Positions 12,003 through 24,414 of a stretch of DNA of 64,000 nucleotides are shown here, piece after piece. The stretch is taken from the NCBI GenBank assembly GCA_002269645.1, contig NIVC01000837.1:1-64000 (forward strand), in the 5' to 3' direction. The notes beneath the pieces are model-generated. The model saw only the letters and a program-made list of their open reading frames with translations, ran no database searches and was not told the DNA's origin. Positions within the stretch are counted from its first letter, which is position 1; every line of letters starts with the position of its first letter. The position numbers and the translations under genes are program-made. Source of the DNA: Macrostomum lignano. Taxonomy: Eukaryota.

Positions 12003-15000
12003 ATGCATCGCCTAATGGGCGCCTGCGTGTCGCGCCAGCTGCCAGAAGACGAACTGTCGCAGCAGCAGCAGCGCCAGCCAGAGCAGAAGCACGCCGCCAA
12101 ATCGCCAAAACGGGCGCACAGCTTCGGCTTTGCCGCATTCAAATCGCCCTGGCGTCGGCAGCAGCACCGGTCAGATCGGGGCCGTCGGCCGCTCTCTGGC
12201 GACGCTGACAGCCTGGCCGCGTCCTACGCTTCCACGCCGGCTGCCTGCAAGTCCGCTCCGCCCCTGCCAGATCGTCGGCCAGTTCTGCTTGATGACCGAT
12301 CGCCATCCGGTTCGCGGGCTAGCGAGGATCTGCTGCCTGTGCGGTCTGTCACCATTGATAACTTCAATCTGGCTGCCAAGTCTGACGAGTGAGTCGGTGG
12401 TTTCTTGAGTAACGGGATTTGAATCTGCCTCTGCTCATTGAATCTGCCTCTGTGCTCATTGAATCTGCCTCTCTATGCTCATTGAATCTGCCTCTATGCT
12501 CATTGAATCTGCCTCTGTGCTCATTGAATCTGCCTCTGTGCTCATTGAATCTGTCTCTGTGCTCATTGAATCTGCCTCTATGCTCATTGAATCTGTCTCT
12601 CTATGCTCATTGAATCTGCCTCTGTGCTCATTGAATCTGTCTCTCTATGCTCATTGAATCTGCCTCTCTATGCTCATTGAATCTGCCTCTATGCTCATTG
12701 AATCTGCCTCTGCTCATTGAATCTGCCTCTATGCTCATTGAATCTGCCTCTCTATGCTCATTGAATCTGCCTCTGTGCTCATTGAATCTGCCTCTATGCT
12801 CATTGAATCTGCATCTATGCTCATTGAATCTGTCTCTGTGCTCATTGAATCTGCCTCTATGCTCATTGAATCTGCCTCTGTGCTCATTGAATCTGCCTCT
12901 GTGCTCATTGAATCTGCCTCTATGCTCATTGAATCTGCCTCTATGCTCATTGAATCTGCCTCTCTATGCTCATTGAATCTGCCTCTGTGCTCATTGAATC
13001 TGCCTCTATGCTCATTGAATCTGCATCTATGCTCATTGAATCTGTCTCTGTGCTCATTGAATCTGCCTCTATGCTCATTGAATCTGTCTCTGTGCTCATT
13101 GAATCTGCCTCTGTGCTCATTGAATCTGCCTCTATGCTCATTGAATCTGCCTCTCTATGCTCATTGAATCTGCCTCTATGCTCATTGAATCTGTCTCTGT
13201 GCTCATTGAATCTGCCTCTGTGCTCATTGAATCTGTCTCTCTATGCTCATTGAATCTGCCTTGATGCTCATTGAATCTGCCTCTATGCTCATTGAATCTG
13301 CCTCTGCTCATTGAATCTGCCTTTATGCTCATTGAATCTGCCTCTCTATGCTCATTGAATCTGCCTCTATGCTTATTGAATCTGCCTCTATGCTCATTGA
13401 ATCTGCATCTGTGCTCATTGAATCTGCCTCTGTGCTCATTGAATCTGCCTCTATGCTCATTGAATCTGCCTCTGTGCTCATTGAATCTGCCTCTATGCTC
13501 ATTGAATCTGCCTCTGCTCATTGAATCTGCCTCTATGCTCATTGAATCTGCCTCTATGCTCATTGAATCTGCCTCTGCTCATTGAATCTGTCTCTATGCT
13601 CATTGAATCTGCCTCTGTGCTCATTGAATCTGCCTCTATGCTCATTGAATCTGCCTCTGTGCTCATTGAATCTGCCTCTATGCTCATTGAATCTGCCTCT
13701 ATGCTCATTGAATCTGCCTCTCTATGCTCATTGAATCTGCCTCTGTGCTCATTGAATCTGCCTCTATGCTCATTGAATCTGCATCTATGCTCATTGAATC
13801 TGTCTCTGTGCTCATTGAATCTGCCTCTATGCTCATTGAATCTGTCTCTGTGCTCATTGAATCTGCCTCTGTGCTCATTGAATCTGCCTCTATGCTCATT
13901 GAATCTGCCTCTCTATGCTCATTGAATCTGCCTCTATGCTCATTGAATCTGTCTCTGTGCTCATTGAATCTGCCTCTGTGCTCATTGAATCTGTCTCTCT
14001 ATGCTCATTGAATCTGCCTTGATGCTCATTGAATCTGCCTCTATGCTCATTGAATCTGCCTCTGCTCATTGAATCTGCCTTTATGCTCATTGAATCTGCC
14101 TCTCTATGCTCATTGAATCTGCCTCTATGCTTATTGAATCTGCCTCTATGCTCATTGAATCTGCATCTGTGCTCATTGAATCTGCCTCTGTGCTCATTGA
14201 ATCTGCCTCTATGCTCATTGAATCTGCCTCTGTGCTCATTGAATCTGCCTCTATGCTCATTGAATCTGCCTCTGCTCATTGAATCTGCCTCTATGCTCAT
14301 TGAATCTGCCTCTATGCTCATTGAATCTGCCTCTGCTCATTGAATCTGTCTCTATGCTCATTGAATCTGCCTCTGTGCTCATTGAATCTGCCTCTATGCT
14401 CATTGAATCTGCATCTATGCTCATTGAATCTGTCTCTGTGCTCATTGAATCTGCCTCTATGCTCATTGAATCTGTCTCTGTGCTCATTGAATCTGCCTCT
14501 GTGCTCATTGAATCTGCCTCTGTGCTCATTGAATCTGCCTCTATGCTCATTGAATCTGCCTCTATATGCTCATTGAATCTGCCTCTGTGCTCATTGAATC
14601 TGCCTCTATGCTCATTGAATCTGCATCTATGCTCATTGAATCTGTCTCTGTGCTCATTGAATCTGCCTCTATGCTCATTGAATCTGTCTCTGTGCTCATT
14701 GAATCTGCCTCTGTGCTCATTGAATCTGCCTCTGCTCATTGAATCTGCCTCTCTATGCTCATTGAATCTGCCTCTATGCTCATTGAATCTGCATCTATGC
14801 TCATTGAATCTGTCTCTGTGCTCATTGAATCTGCCTGTGCTCATTGAATCTGCCTTGATGCTCATTGAATCTGCCTGTCATTTTCCTGGTTGCTCCAAGC
14901 GCTCATTACCACAAAAGCAGTCCGCACTGCATTTACAATTTGATCGCGCAAATTTTTCAGTTCCCCAAGTCTCCAACCGGAGCCGTCGGCAACTTCGGCA

Positions 15001-17305
15001 GCCGCTCTGCTGCGTCCATCGTTGCGCAACCGTTTGCCGGACAAATTATCGGCACCCATGACGGAGGCCCCGCAGCTGCCTCCGCATTCCGCATCAGCCA
15101 ATGCCCAGCTGCCCGCAGTGCGGTCGGTCGAGGACAGGCCTGACACTGTCACTACCTATAGCGAAGTCTGCCCGTCAACTGACAACGATAGTCAGGCTAG
15201 CGGTCTGCCTGTTGAGTGAGTCATTGTAGCTCGCCTCAAATGCGACTATCGATAGGAGGCAGATCCAGTGTTCATCTTTTGGTATGTTGTGCCTTTCTTA
15301 TTGCCTCTATCGATATTCATAAATCTTTTCATTCAAATAATTAGGATTCTGTGTTAATTGTTTATTCTACGTACATTTCCTGTACCTAACAATCATAAAA
15401 ATGCATGACACAGCTCCAATCTTTGGTTTTATGAATCTATTTTATCATCTCAGTTACAAATATTTCTTACACAGTCAGCTAAGAATGATTAAATAGGTTC
15501 ATAAAACTAAAGAGCTGAGCCGTGCTATTTTAATAGTTTTTAGGCACTGGACATATTCAATTGTACGTAGAATAAGAAATTAGCATAGAATCCTCATTTT
15601 ATTGAATGAAAAGCTTTATGAATATCGATAGAGCTATAAGAAAGGCACAACATATCAAAAGATGAACACTGGGTCTGCCTCCTATCAAAAACAATAACAA
15701 TTTTTGTGCTGAAAAAATGAAAACTTCCTATCTCAGTAGTGTTTTCTAAGAAACGAGGTTTCCAGTCCTTCCACTTAAGTCGTCCTTGTTTAATTCAACA
15801 AAATCATAATCATCATTTGAACTCAATTCAAACACAACTCATCCAGTGTTTTTTGTTAAGATCTTTGTTGGATGTCAGGATCTCTTACAGATCGCATAAT
15901 TGCAACTCCCGCAGCCGATCTCCGTCTCAGCCATCTGTAGCTGCCCCAGTTGCAGCCGCCACCTCTGTCTATCGCCGTTCCCGTCTGGCCTCCGGTGCGT
16001 CTAGCCTGGACTCTGACGACCTCATGCTGGGCACGGACTGCGACACCGACTGCGAACACGACACTGGAGGCGGCGGCGGAGTTGGAGGAGACGATGACAC
16101 ATGCGGCGGAGCCAGTCTGACCACTTCACGGGCTGGGACAGACCTCGCCGACTGCTTGATCAGGGAGGAGGAGGTTTGTGATGTCTTCCACTGTCTGGAG
16201 AGTGCCGGATTCGTGTTGTTTTCCGCTGTCTGGGGAGTGACAGATTCGTGTTGTCTTCCACTGTCTGGGGAGTGACGGATTCGTGTGATCTTCTGATGTC
16301 TGGGGAGTGACAGATTCGTGTTGTCTTCCACTGTCTGGGGAGTGACAGATTCGTGTTGTCTTCCACTGTCTGGGGAGTGACAGATTCGTGTTGTCTTCCA
16401 CTGTCTGGGGAGTGACAGATTCGTGTTGTCTTCCACTGTCTGGGGAGTGACAGATTCGTGTTGTCTTCCACTGTCTGGGGAGTGCCGGATTCGTGTTGTT
16501 TTCCACTGTCTGGGGAGTGACAGATTCGTGTGATCTTCTGATGTTTAGGAGTGACAGATTCGTGTTGTCTTCCGCTGGGGAGTGACGGATTTGTGTTGTC
16601 TTCCACTGTCTGGGGAGTGACGGATTTGTGTTGTCTTCCGCTGTCTGGGGAGTGACAGATTCGTGTTGTCTTCCGCTGTCTGTGGAGTGACATAATTGAG
16701 TATGAATGCTAAAGGACAGTGACAGGCAGGTGTCAATGCTATATGAAAGGGATAGTTAATCACTTTCTCCATTCTCCATTCTCCTCGCCCAGGAATACGA
16801 AGTGAACCAGGAAGACGCGGACGACAACCAAGCGGGTGTCGCAGCCTGTGCTGACATTGTCGGCAGCCTGATGACCGCCAGCCTGCCTCCCGACAGCCTC
16901 ACCAGGCATCTTCGCCGCCAGCAGCAGCCGCCGCTGTCTCTGTCTCTGGCCGCCAGCTCCATGCGCTTCCGTCCGCGATCAGTGTCGTCTCCTCAGGGTG
17001 ACCTGCTCCTTCTACCCGGCTCGGACCTTCGGCACCTGGCTCACGATGTCACCGGGGTGAAGACTCTGCTACTCCGCTTGCGCAGGCAGCTGCTTGACGA
17101 TGGTCGAACTTCGGCTGTCGTCACGCCTACCGGCTGCTGCGGAGGCGCCAGCAGTGGCGGCGGAGGTGGCACCGTCTGCCAGCTGTGCGGCTCCGACTCC
17201 CGCCGCGTCGCCGAACTAGAAGACCGAGTCGCCAGTCTGCAGGCTGAAATTGAGTCGCTGCGTCGGATTGCCGCCTGCCAATCGTCGGCGAACGCTGAGA
17301 ACTGA
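12003..17305 (+). CDS. CCSER1/CCSER2 (FAM190)-like serine-rich coiled-coil protein, 4 exons, about 478 aa
   Basis: Exons 12003(or 12015)-12388, 14961-15215, 15891-16173, 16793-17305. Phases 2,2,0 join in frame (1437 nt). LDSDDLMLGTD and LAHDVTGVKTLLLRLRRQL resemble the remembered CCSER1 blocks LDEDDLMLDLE and LQDCTAVKTLLLKMKRVL, followed by a coiled coil (RRVAELEDRVASLQAEIESLRR). The exon 3 donor (GTTTGT) is weak. Confidence 0.7.
12417..14878. repeat. Minisatellite, 21 bp unit TGCTCATTGAATCTGCCTCTA, about 2.5 kb, fills CCSER-like intron 1
   Basis: Direct inspection; includes a 758-bp higher-order duplication. Confidence 0.95.
15251..15686. mobile_element. MITE-like element with about 88-bp terminal inverted repeats, CCSER-like intron 2
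   Basis: 15251-15338 GATAGGAGGCAGATCCAGTGTTCATCTTTT... is the near-perfect reverse complement of about 15600-15686. Possible TA duplication around GGAGGC...GCCTCC. AT-rich non-coding interior. Confidence 0.75.
16185..16690. repeat. Minisatellite, 35 bp unit GTGTTGTCTTCCACTGTCTGGGGAGTGACAGATTC, CCSER-like intron 3
   Basis: Direct inspection. Confidence 0.9.
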
Positions 17306-18499
17306 GGAGCGACACCTGTATAGAGATGCTGCTTCACTAGGTGCTATTCCGTATTAGTGACCCTGTTGCGTTTGTGTCTGCTGTGGGACACTGCAAGCAT
17401 TCATTGCCCGTTGCACTTTCACCAGAGTCGCCATTAAAACCCAGGGAAGTCGCCCCTTGTACATGTTAATCAGAATCGCCATTGACACAACTGAAATCGC
17501 CCCTTGTACTTTTATCACAGTCGCCTTTAAAACCCGGGAAACTTGCCTGTTAAGCCTCTTAGAAAAAGAATTGTAATCAAATTAACTGGGAAAGTCGAAA
17601 TAACTTTTATAAAAATATCCATTTAATACTTGTTCAATCTAAATATACTAAATCTCAAAGGTTTGTATGTTTGAATGCTTGAATATTTTTACTAAAAATC
17701 AGCTTAGTAGAGCCTTTCAGATCTGTATTCCCATTAAAGTTTGGTGAGTAGTATGTAACGCTTTTTTGCATATTGATAGTTTATTATAAATTCTTAGAAA
17801 AAAACTACTTTCGCTGCGCATTTCTTTGTAAATTATGCAATCAATGTCTGACACCTTGACTTTAATCACTTTAATTGAAGCTTACTAATCTAGTATTGTA
17901 ATATTAGTTAGTTAACTAATCATTTTATCTCAATGGAAAATCTCAGTGACATTCCCTGACTTAACAGATATAATATTGCAAGAGTGACTAATTGTGATTC
18001 TTAATTTCTGAATTTTATTTGCAATTACTGCTACTCATAGTAACGCAGCTGTGCAAGTTTATGCTTTATTTTGTTTATTATTAAAGGATTCCTAATGTAT
18101 GTCGCAATGATTTGTGTCGGTTTTATTTTATTTTGTTTTTATTAATTCTTTATTTTGATTTGTTCACTTCGTGTCAGCCTTTGGGTTTCTTCTGCTTTTC
18201 TATTTTATTTCCGGTCTGGCTTCTGAGACAGTCTAGTAACTGGGACATTATTTTCTTCTTTTGCGTAAAACTCTGAATGGCGGTTCGCTGTTAATAGTTA
18301 ATATTTATATGTGCAAATTGCTTTATTGTGTTGGCAATCGAAAATTAGGAGAACGATTCTCTTGGAGTCTGAGTGCAGAAAAGCTTGTATTCAAAATTTA
18401 TTTATTTCAAGTATACGCTCTTATTCTCAGATTCTGTCTGCCAAACACATGTTTATATTTATTATTAATTCGAATTAGTTTCGGCCACCACTCCTTGAC

Positions 18500-19380
18500 T
18501 ATTTTATCGATCGGCTACCCCTCCCCTACTCTTTTTATCAATCAACTACCCCCTCCATGACTCTTTTATCGATCGGCTACCCCCTCCCCGACTCTTATCG
18601 GCTACCCTTTGACTCTTATCGATCGGCTACCCCCTCTGACTATCGATCGGCTACCCCCTCTGACTCTTATCGATCGGCTACCCCCTCTGACTCTTATCGA
18701 TCGGCTACCCCCTCTGACTCTTATCGATCGGCTACCCCCTCTGACTCTTATCGATCGGCTACCCCCTCTGACTATCGATCGGCTACCCCCTGGGATTATC
18801 GATCGGCTACCCCCTCTGACTCTTATCGATCGGCTACCCCCTCCATGACTCTTTTATCGATCGGCTACCCCCTCCCCGACTCTTATCGGCTACCCTTTGA
18901 CTCTTATCGATCGGTTACCCCCTCTAATTATTGATCGGCTACCCCCTCTGACTTTTATCGATCGGCTACCCCCTCTGACTCTTATCGATCGGCTACCCCC
19001 TCTGACTCTTATCGATCGGCTACCCCCTCTGACTCTTATCGATCGGCTACCCCCTCTGACTCTTATCGATCGGCTACCCCCTCTGACTCTTATCGATCGG
19101 CTACCCCCTCTGACTCTTATCGATCGGCTACCCCCTCTGACTCTTATCGATCGGCTACCCCCTCTGACTATCGATCGGCTACCCCCTGGGATTATCGATC
19201 GGCTACCCCCTCTGACTCTTATCGATCGGCTACCCCCTCTGACTCTTATCGATCGGCTACCCCCTCTGACTCTTATCGATCGGCTACCCCCTCTGACTCT
19301 TATCGATCGGCTACCCCTCTGATTATCGATCGGCTACCCCCTCTGATTATCGATCGACTACCCCCCCCCCTCTGATTCTT
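18500..19380. repeat. Minisatellite, 27 bp unit CTCTTATCGATCGGCTACCCCCTCTGA, just upstream of ZMAT2
   Basis: Direct inspection. Confidence 0.95.
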
Positions 19381-19476
19381 TGATCGATCAGCCGCCCCTC
19401 CCTGACTGGGCCAGCCATTCCCATCCTTAGTAACTGGGACAGCTGTCCAACAAGCAGCCGCTCAACTCCGCCATTC

Positions 19477-20136
19477 ATGTCCGATCACAGGCGCAAGTGG
19501 GACCGGGACGAGTTCGAGCGGCTCGCCCAGGAGCGGGTGTCGCGCGAACTTGATGAACTTCGCGATTCGCGCTCCTCCGGCGGCGGCGCCAGGTCCCGGG
19601 CCGGCGGTAGCGGCGCCGCCGTGAAACGCGAAGAGCTGCGGCCCAGACTGGAGACGCCGAACCTCGAGGCCAACCTGAACAGGTCGGTGGTGATCAATAA
19701 GACCAGCAACAAGCCGTCAGCTGACGCTGGCTATTATTGCAACGTGTGCGACTGTGTAGTGAAAGACTCAATTAATTTCCTCGACCACATCAACGGCAAG
19801 AAGCATCAGCGCAATCTCGGCATGTCGATGCGAGTAAAGCGCGCCACCCTGGACGATGTGAAATCGAAGTTCAGCAGCTTGAAGCGGCGCCAAGAGGCCG
19901 AGGAGAAGGCCTACAGCTTTGAGGATCGCGTGAAAGAGGCCGAGGCCGCCGAGGAGCGGGCCAAGCGGGCTAGGAAAGAGCGGAAACGCCGGCGCAAAGA
20001 GGAGAAAGCCGCCGCTTCGTCGTCCGGCGCTGCCGGTGGTGGCGGCGGCGACGTCGACGGTGACGACGACGGCGACGCGGATGGCCAGGCGGATATCGAG
20101 AAACTGTTCGGCTTCAAGGGCTTCGGTGTCAAGTGA
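19477..20136 (+). CDS. ZMAT2: Zinc finger matrin-type protein 2 (Snu23 homolog, U4/U6.U5 B-complex factor), 219 aa, no intron in the CDS
   Basis: HRRKWDRDEFE N-terminus, GYYCNVCDCVVKDSINFLDHINGKKHQRNLGMSM matrin finger and LFGFKGFG C-terminus are hallmark ZMAT2 motifs in one uninterrupted ORF. Confidence 0.96.
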   Translation: MSDHRRKWDRDEFERLAQERVSRELDELRDSRSSGGGARSRAGGSGAAVKREELRPRLETPNLEANLNRSVVINKTSNKPSADAGYYCNVCDCVVKDSINFLDHINGKKHQRNLGMSMRVKRATLDDVKSKFSSLKRRQEAEEKAYSFEDRVKEAEAAEERAKRARKERKRRRKEEKAAASSSGAAGGGGGDVDGDDDGDADGQADIEKLFGFKGFGVK

Positions 20137-20564
20137 CGGGCGTTCCTTTTGTTGTTAAACTAACTACTCATTAATAAGTAGTATATCGAAAGAGGCTGTC
20201 CCTTGTGAGAATGGGGGCGGTCACTGGGACTTGTATATAATTAATTTTTACGATATATGTTTTCTGCTACTGTTAGTAAGCAAATTATTATAATTGCTTT
20301 TATAGCTACTATCAGTAGTCTGTCATTAGAATGCAAAAGCGCAAGCAAAAAAACTGTTTCACTTGATTGTTGTAATTTAACAACAAGCCTAATACGCAAG
20401 TTTGAAAATTTGCGGAAGCTGTAAAATTGAAGTGAAACAACTTGATGACTTAATCATTTAACCCTGCTACTGGGTTCTTCTTAAAACCTTCAGATTTCCC
20501 TTCTTTTAAATTTTGAGCTAGCAGAAGTGGCTACTAGCAAGATCTTAGTAGACCGATGCCAAGT

Positions 20565-20990
20565 TTCGAGATTGTGAACTTTCGAACTTGTGAAGCTTCA
20601 AGATTGTGAACTTTCAAACTTGTGAAGCTTCAAGATTGTGAACTTTCGAACTTGTGAAGCTTCAAGATTGTGAACTTTCGAACTTGTGAAGCTTCAAGAT
20701 TGTGAACTTTCAAACTTGTGAAGCTTCAAGATTGTGAACTTTCAAACTTGTGAAGCTTCAAGATTGTGAACTTTCGAACTTGTGAAGCTTCAAGATTGTG
20801 AACTTTCGAACTTGTGAAGCTTCAAGATTGTGAACTTTCGAACTTGTGAAGCTTCAAGATTGTGAACTTTCGAACTTGTGAAGCTTCAAGTTGTGAACTT
20901 TCGAACTTGTGAAGCTTCAAGATTGTGAAGTTTCGAACTTGCGAAGTTTTAAGATTGTGAAGTTTTGAGCTTGAGAAGTTTCGAGCTTTT
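20565..20990. repeat. Minisatellite, 32 bp unit made of two related 16-mers (TTGTGAACTTTCGAAC / TTGTGAAGCTTCAAGA)
   Basis: Direct inspection. Confidence 0.9.
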
Positions 20991-22159
20991 AAAACGCCTT
21001 CAGGAAACCAGCTAAAAAGCTAGTTCAATATTTTAATTTTGAATTCCAATTTACTTATAACTTATAATCTACATACGCTTTCTGTGTTGACTATACGGCA
21101 AATATTTATCCCGACTATCGAGAGCGCATCCGCTCCTCTGTCTGCCCCCTATATCCGCTCCGCTAATAAACTAAAAATCTATCCGCAACAAACCGGCGTC
21201 TATCCGCCTTCCGCTTCTCTATCCGCCCCTACCCCCCGCCCCCTATCCGCCTCCTATCCGCCCCCTATCCGCGGCTATCTGCACCATTTTGCTTTCCCCG
21301 AAAAGATCAAATTAAAAAAACAATATCGATTATCAATAAAAAAATTATTCCAAAGGTATGAAAGCGACACATTCTCTACATTCATATGGTAACTTCAGTC
21401 GAATATGCAGTAAGTTTACTGTTGTCTGCTGCCGCCTCTACCCCCCCTGAACCCCCCCCCTAGTCATTCCTACGATGATTCAATGAAGGCAATTATTGAC
21501 ACGAATTGAAGCGATGCTAAAAATAGATCAAAGCCTCTTGCAGCTCGGCGCAAACGGATGCCCTGGGAATATTTTGGCCCGCTGATCACACACGGAATCG
21601 GATCGAATCAGCTTGACAGCGAAGCGTGGCGCGCTCCTAACTTTCAAAACTAGAGAGAGACACCGCGGCCTGAAGCAGGCAGTGGAGTGGCTCGCTTGAG
21701 CACATAAGGAAGTCGGAAGTAACAGGATACCAATATGGGGCTCAATAATGCTTTGCTGTAAAGGTTTGCAGCCTGGGCAAACAGGTGAAAATTTCTTGTT
21801 GAACTGGGGTTGGGAGATGGCCCGCCAGTCTGCTGAAGGCGTGATAGCTGTTGAGTAAGCTTCCCTTCTACCCGGGGGTCACTTGAGCAGGAGTGGGCCA
21901 TCCGCTCTTCTGCTGGGTAATTAAGTGGAGACGAAGGCCCGCCCGCCCCAGTCCTTACCAACTAAAGGCCGATTGTGTTTAACAACTGCAGCTGTTTCCC
22001 AGGGAGCTCGGCACAATGAAAAATAGGGGCGGCTCCGGGGATTCCTCTCCCCTCCTAGGGGGGGGGGGGATAATAACTTCATCCCTAACCCACCCGAGTC
22101 AAAGCGATCTTAGAGGGAGAATCTGGATTGCCAACTCTTCCTGAAAATCCGAAATAGCG

Positions 22160-23215
22160 CAGCAACTGTAGCGCTAAATTCTCAACTGCGGCACTAGAGT
22201 GGCGCTAAAATATCAACTACGGCTCTAGAGTGGCGCTAAAATCTCAACTGCGGCACTAGAGTGGCGCTAAAATCTCAACTGCGGCACTAGAGTGGCGCTA
22301 AAATCTCAACTACGGCTCTAGAGTGGCGCTAAAATCTCAACTGCGGCTCTAGAGTGGCGCTAAAATCTCAACTGCGGCTCTAGAGTGGCGCTAAAATCTC
22401 AACTGCGGCTCTAGAGTGGTGCTAAAATCTCAACTGCGGCACTAGAGTGGCGCTAAAATCTCAACTGCGGCACTAGAGTGGCGCTAAAATCTCAACTGCG
22501 GCACTAGAGTGGCGCTAAAATCTCAACTGCGGCACTAGAGTGGCACTAAAATCTCAACTGCGGCGCTAGAGTGGCGCTAAAATCTCAACTGCGGCGCTAG
22601 AGTGGCGCTAAAATCTAGCGCTAGAGTGGCGCTAAAATCTCAACTGCGGCGCTAAAGTGGCGCTAAAATCTCAACTGCGGCGCTAGAGTGGCGCTAAAAT
22701 CTAGCGCTAGAGTGGCGCTAAAATCTCAACTGCGGCGCTAAAGTGGCGCTAAAATCTAGCGCTAGAGTGGCGCTAAAATCTCAACTGCGGCGCTAAAGTG
22801 GCGCTAAAATCTCAACTGCGGCGCTAGAGTGGCGCTAAAATCTAGCGCTAGAGTGGCGCTAAAATCTCAACTGCGGCGCTAAAGTGGCGCTAAAATCTCA
22901 ACTGCGGCGCTAGAGTGGCGCTAAAATCTCAACTGCGGCGCTAGAGTGGCGCTAAAATCTCAACTGCGGCGCTAGAATGGCGCTAAAATCTCAACTGCGG
23001 CGCTAGAATGGCGCTAAAATCTCAACTGCGGCGCTAAAGTGGCGCTAAAATCTCAACTGCGGCGCTAAAGTGGCGCTAAAATCTCAACTGCGGCGCTAGA
23101 GTGGCGCTAAAATCTCAACTGCGGCGCTAGAATGGCGCTAAAATCTCAACTGCGGCGCTAGAATGGCGCTAAAATCTCAACTGCGGCGCGCTAAAGTGGC
23201 ACAAGCTAAAATCTC
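22160..23215. repeat. Minisatellite, 31 bp unit CTAAAATCTCAACTGCGGCACTAGAGTGGCG
   Basis: Direct inspection. Confidence 0.95.
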
Positions 23216-24414
23216 AAAACGAAACGACTTCTTTGTATCCTACTTGGCATCTAGAATAAAAAATTGACGCAATTTTAAAAAAAACCTTGTTAAGCTATGA
23301 TATTTTTAACCAAACTATTGGGAGAATTTATTCAGATTTCTACAAAAAAGTTTCATGAGAAAAACCACTCCCAGAAGTTTGGTTTTTAGGAGTCCTTGAC
23401 TCAGCCCCGTGTGAACGCGAGCACTGCCGCCCCCGATCGCAACTGTGTACACAAAACCGGAGAATAAGTGGAAGACATATTCAGACAGACAGACAAGGCG
23501 GTGAGGTGGGGTGGAGGGTTTATAAGAGGCTTCGGTTAGCTCATCCGCAGCTGTGGAAGTCATTGAGCAGCCTCCTCTCCCCTCCTGCCGCGGCGGCAGC
23601 AGCTGCAACAGGCGAGGGAGACCAACAAGGCTGCGGGCGGACTATGGGGGTCCGTGCTCGATCGGGGGATCTGGGCAGCGGCAGCAGCTCGTGCCCAGCT
23701 CTCCTCCGTTCTACTTTGCTGTCGTCAGCTGCAGGAAACATCTGCAGCCGCGGCCCACCTCGGTGCAGCTGCCGCCATTCACCGTCATTCTGATTAATTC
23801 TCTTCTGCAGCCCGCACACTACCTGACTCTCACTCTCTTCCCTCCCCCCGCGTCCAGTCTTGGACCCTCATTTGAAACGGGGATTTTTTCTAAACTCCAT
23901 TCTCTACTCCCAAAACTTATCTACAGCAGTTTAGCAGGCGGATTTGCAGCTGGGACAGCTGCAACTGCTATTGCGGGAAAGAGGCGTAGGGGGAGATTGA
24001 TTGCCTGGTGTTAGACTGTAGGCTCATCTACCCGATCAACAATGAAGCAACAATGATTGGGGGGCTTTAAAATGTGGGCTTGAGAATGAGGATTTACGTT
24101 TAAAAAATATATTATCCCAAATCCTAAAATTTTGCAAGCTGTTTCAACCAGCGCCAGGACACGAACTGGCCCAGAATTGATCCAGATTTGCTTGCTAAAT
24201 TTGAGGAGTCGAAATGGCAATGAATGCATGCTTAGGGATCGGTTCGGTATGGGGGCCCTGGGTACCGGTTGAAAAACACCTGCCTTAGAGGGGTCTGATT
24301 TGAAACTGCGAGGCTTTTGGGGAGGAGCAGAGGTCTTGGCTAATGCTCAGGTTGATTGGGACTTTAGAGTTGGGAATTGGGATATCTTTTGTATTGCGGA
24401 TGTTGTGTTTATGG

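Noticed and set aside
12417-14878. Many long ORFs (LIESAS/CSLNLP repeats) in the ORF track
   Set aside because: They are translations of a 21-bp intronic minisatellite; the flanking exons splice across it in frame.
21650-21961. 103-aa minus ORF in a GC-balanced island
   Set aside because: No recognisable domain in any frame I translated; probably a decayed TE fragment, unassigned.
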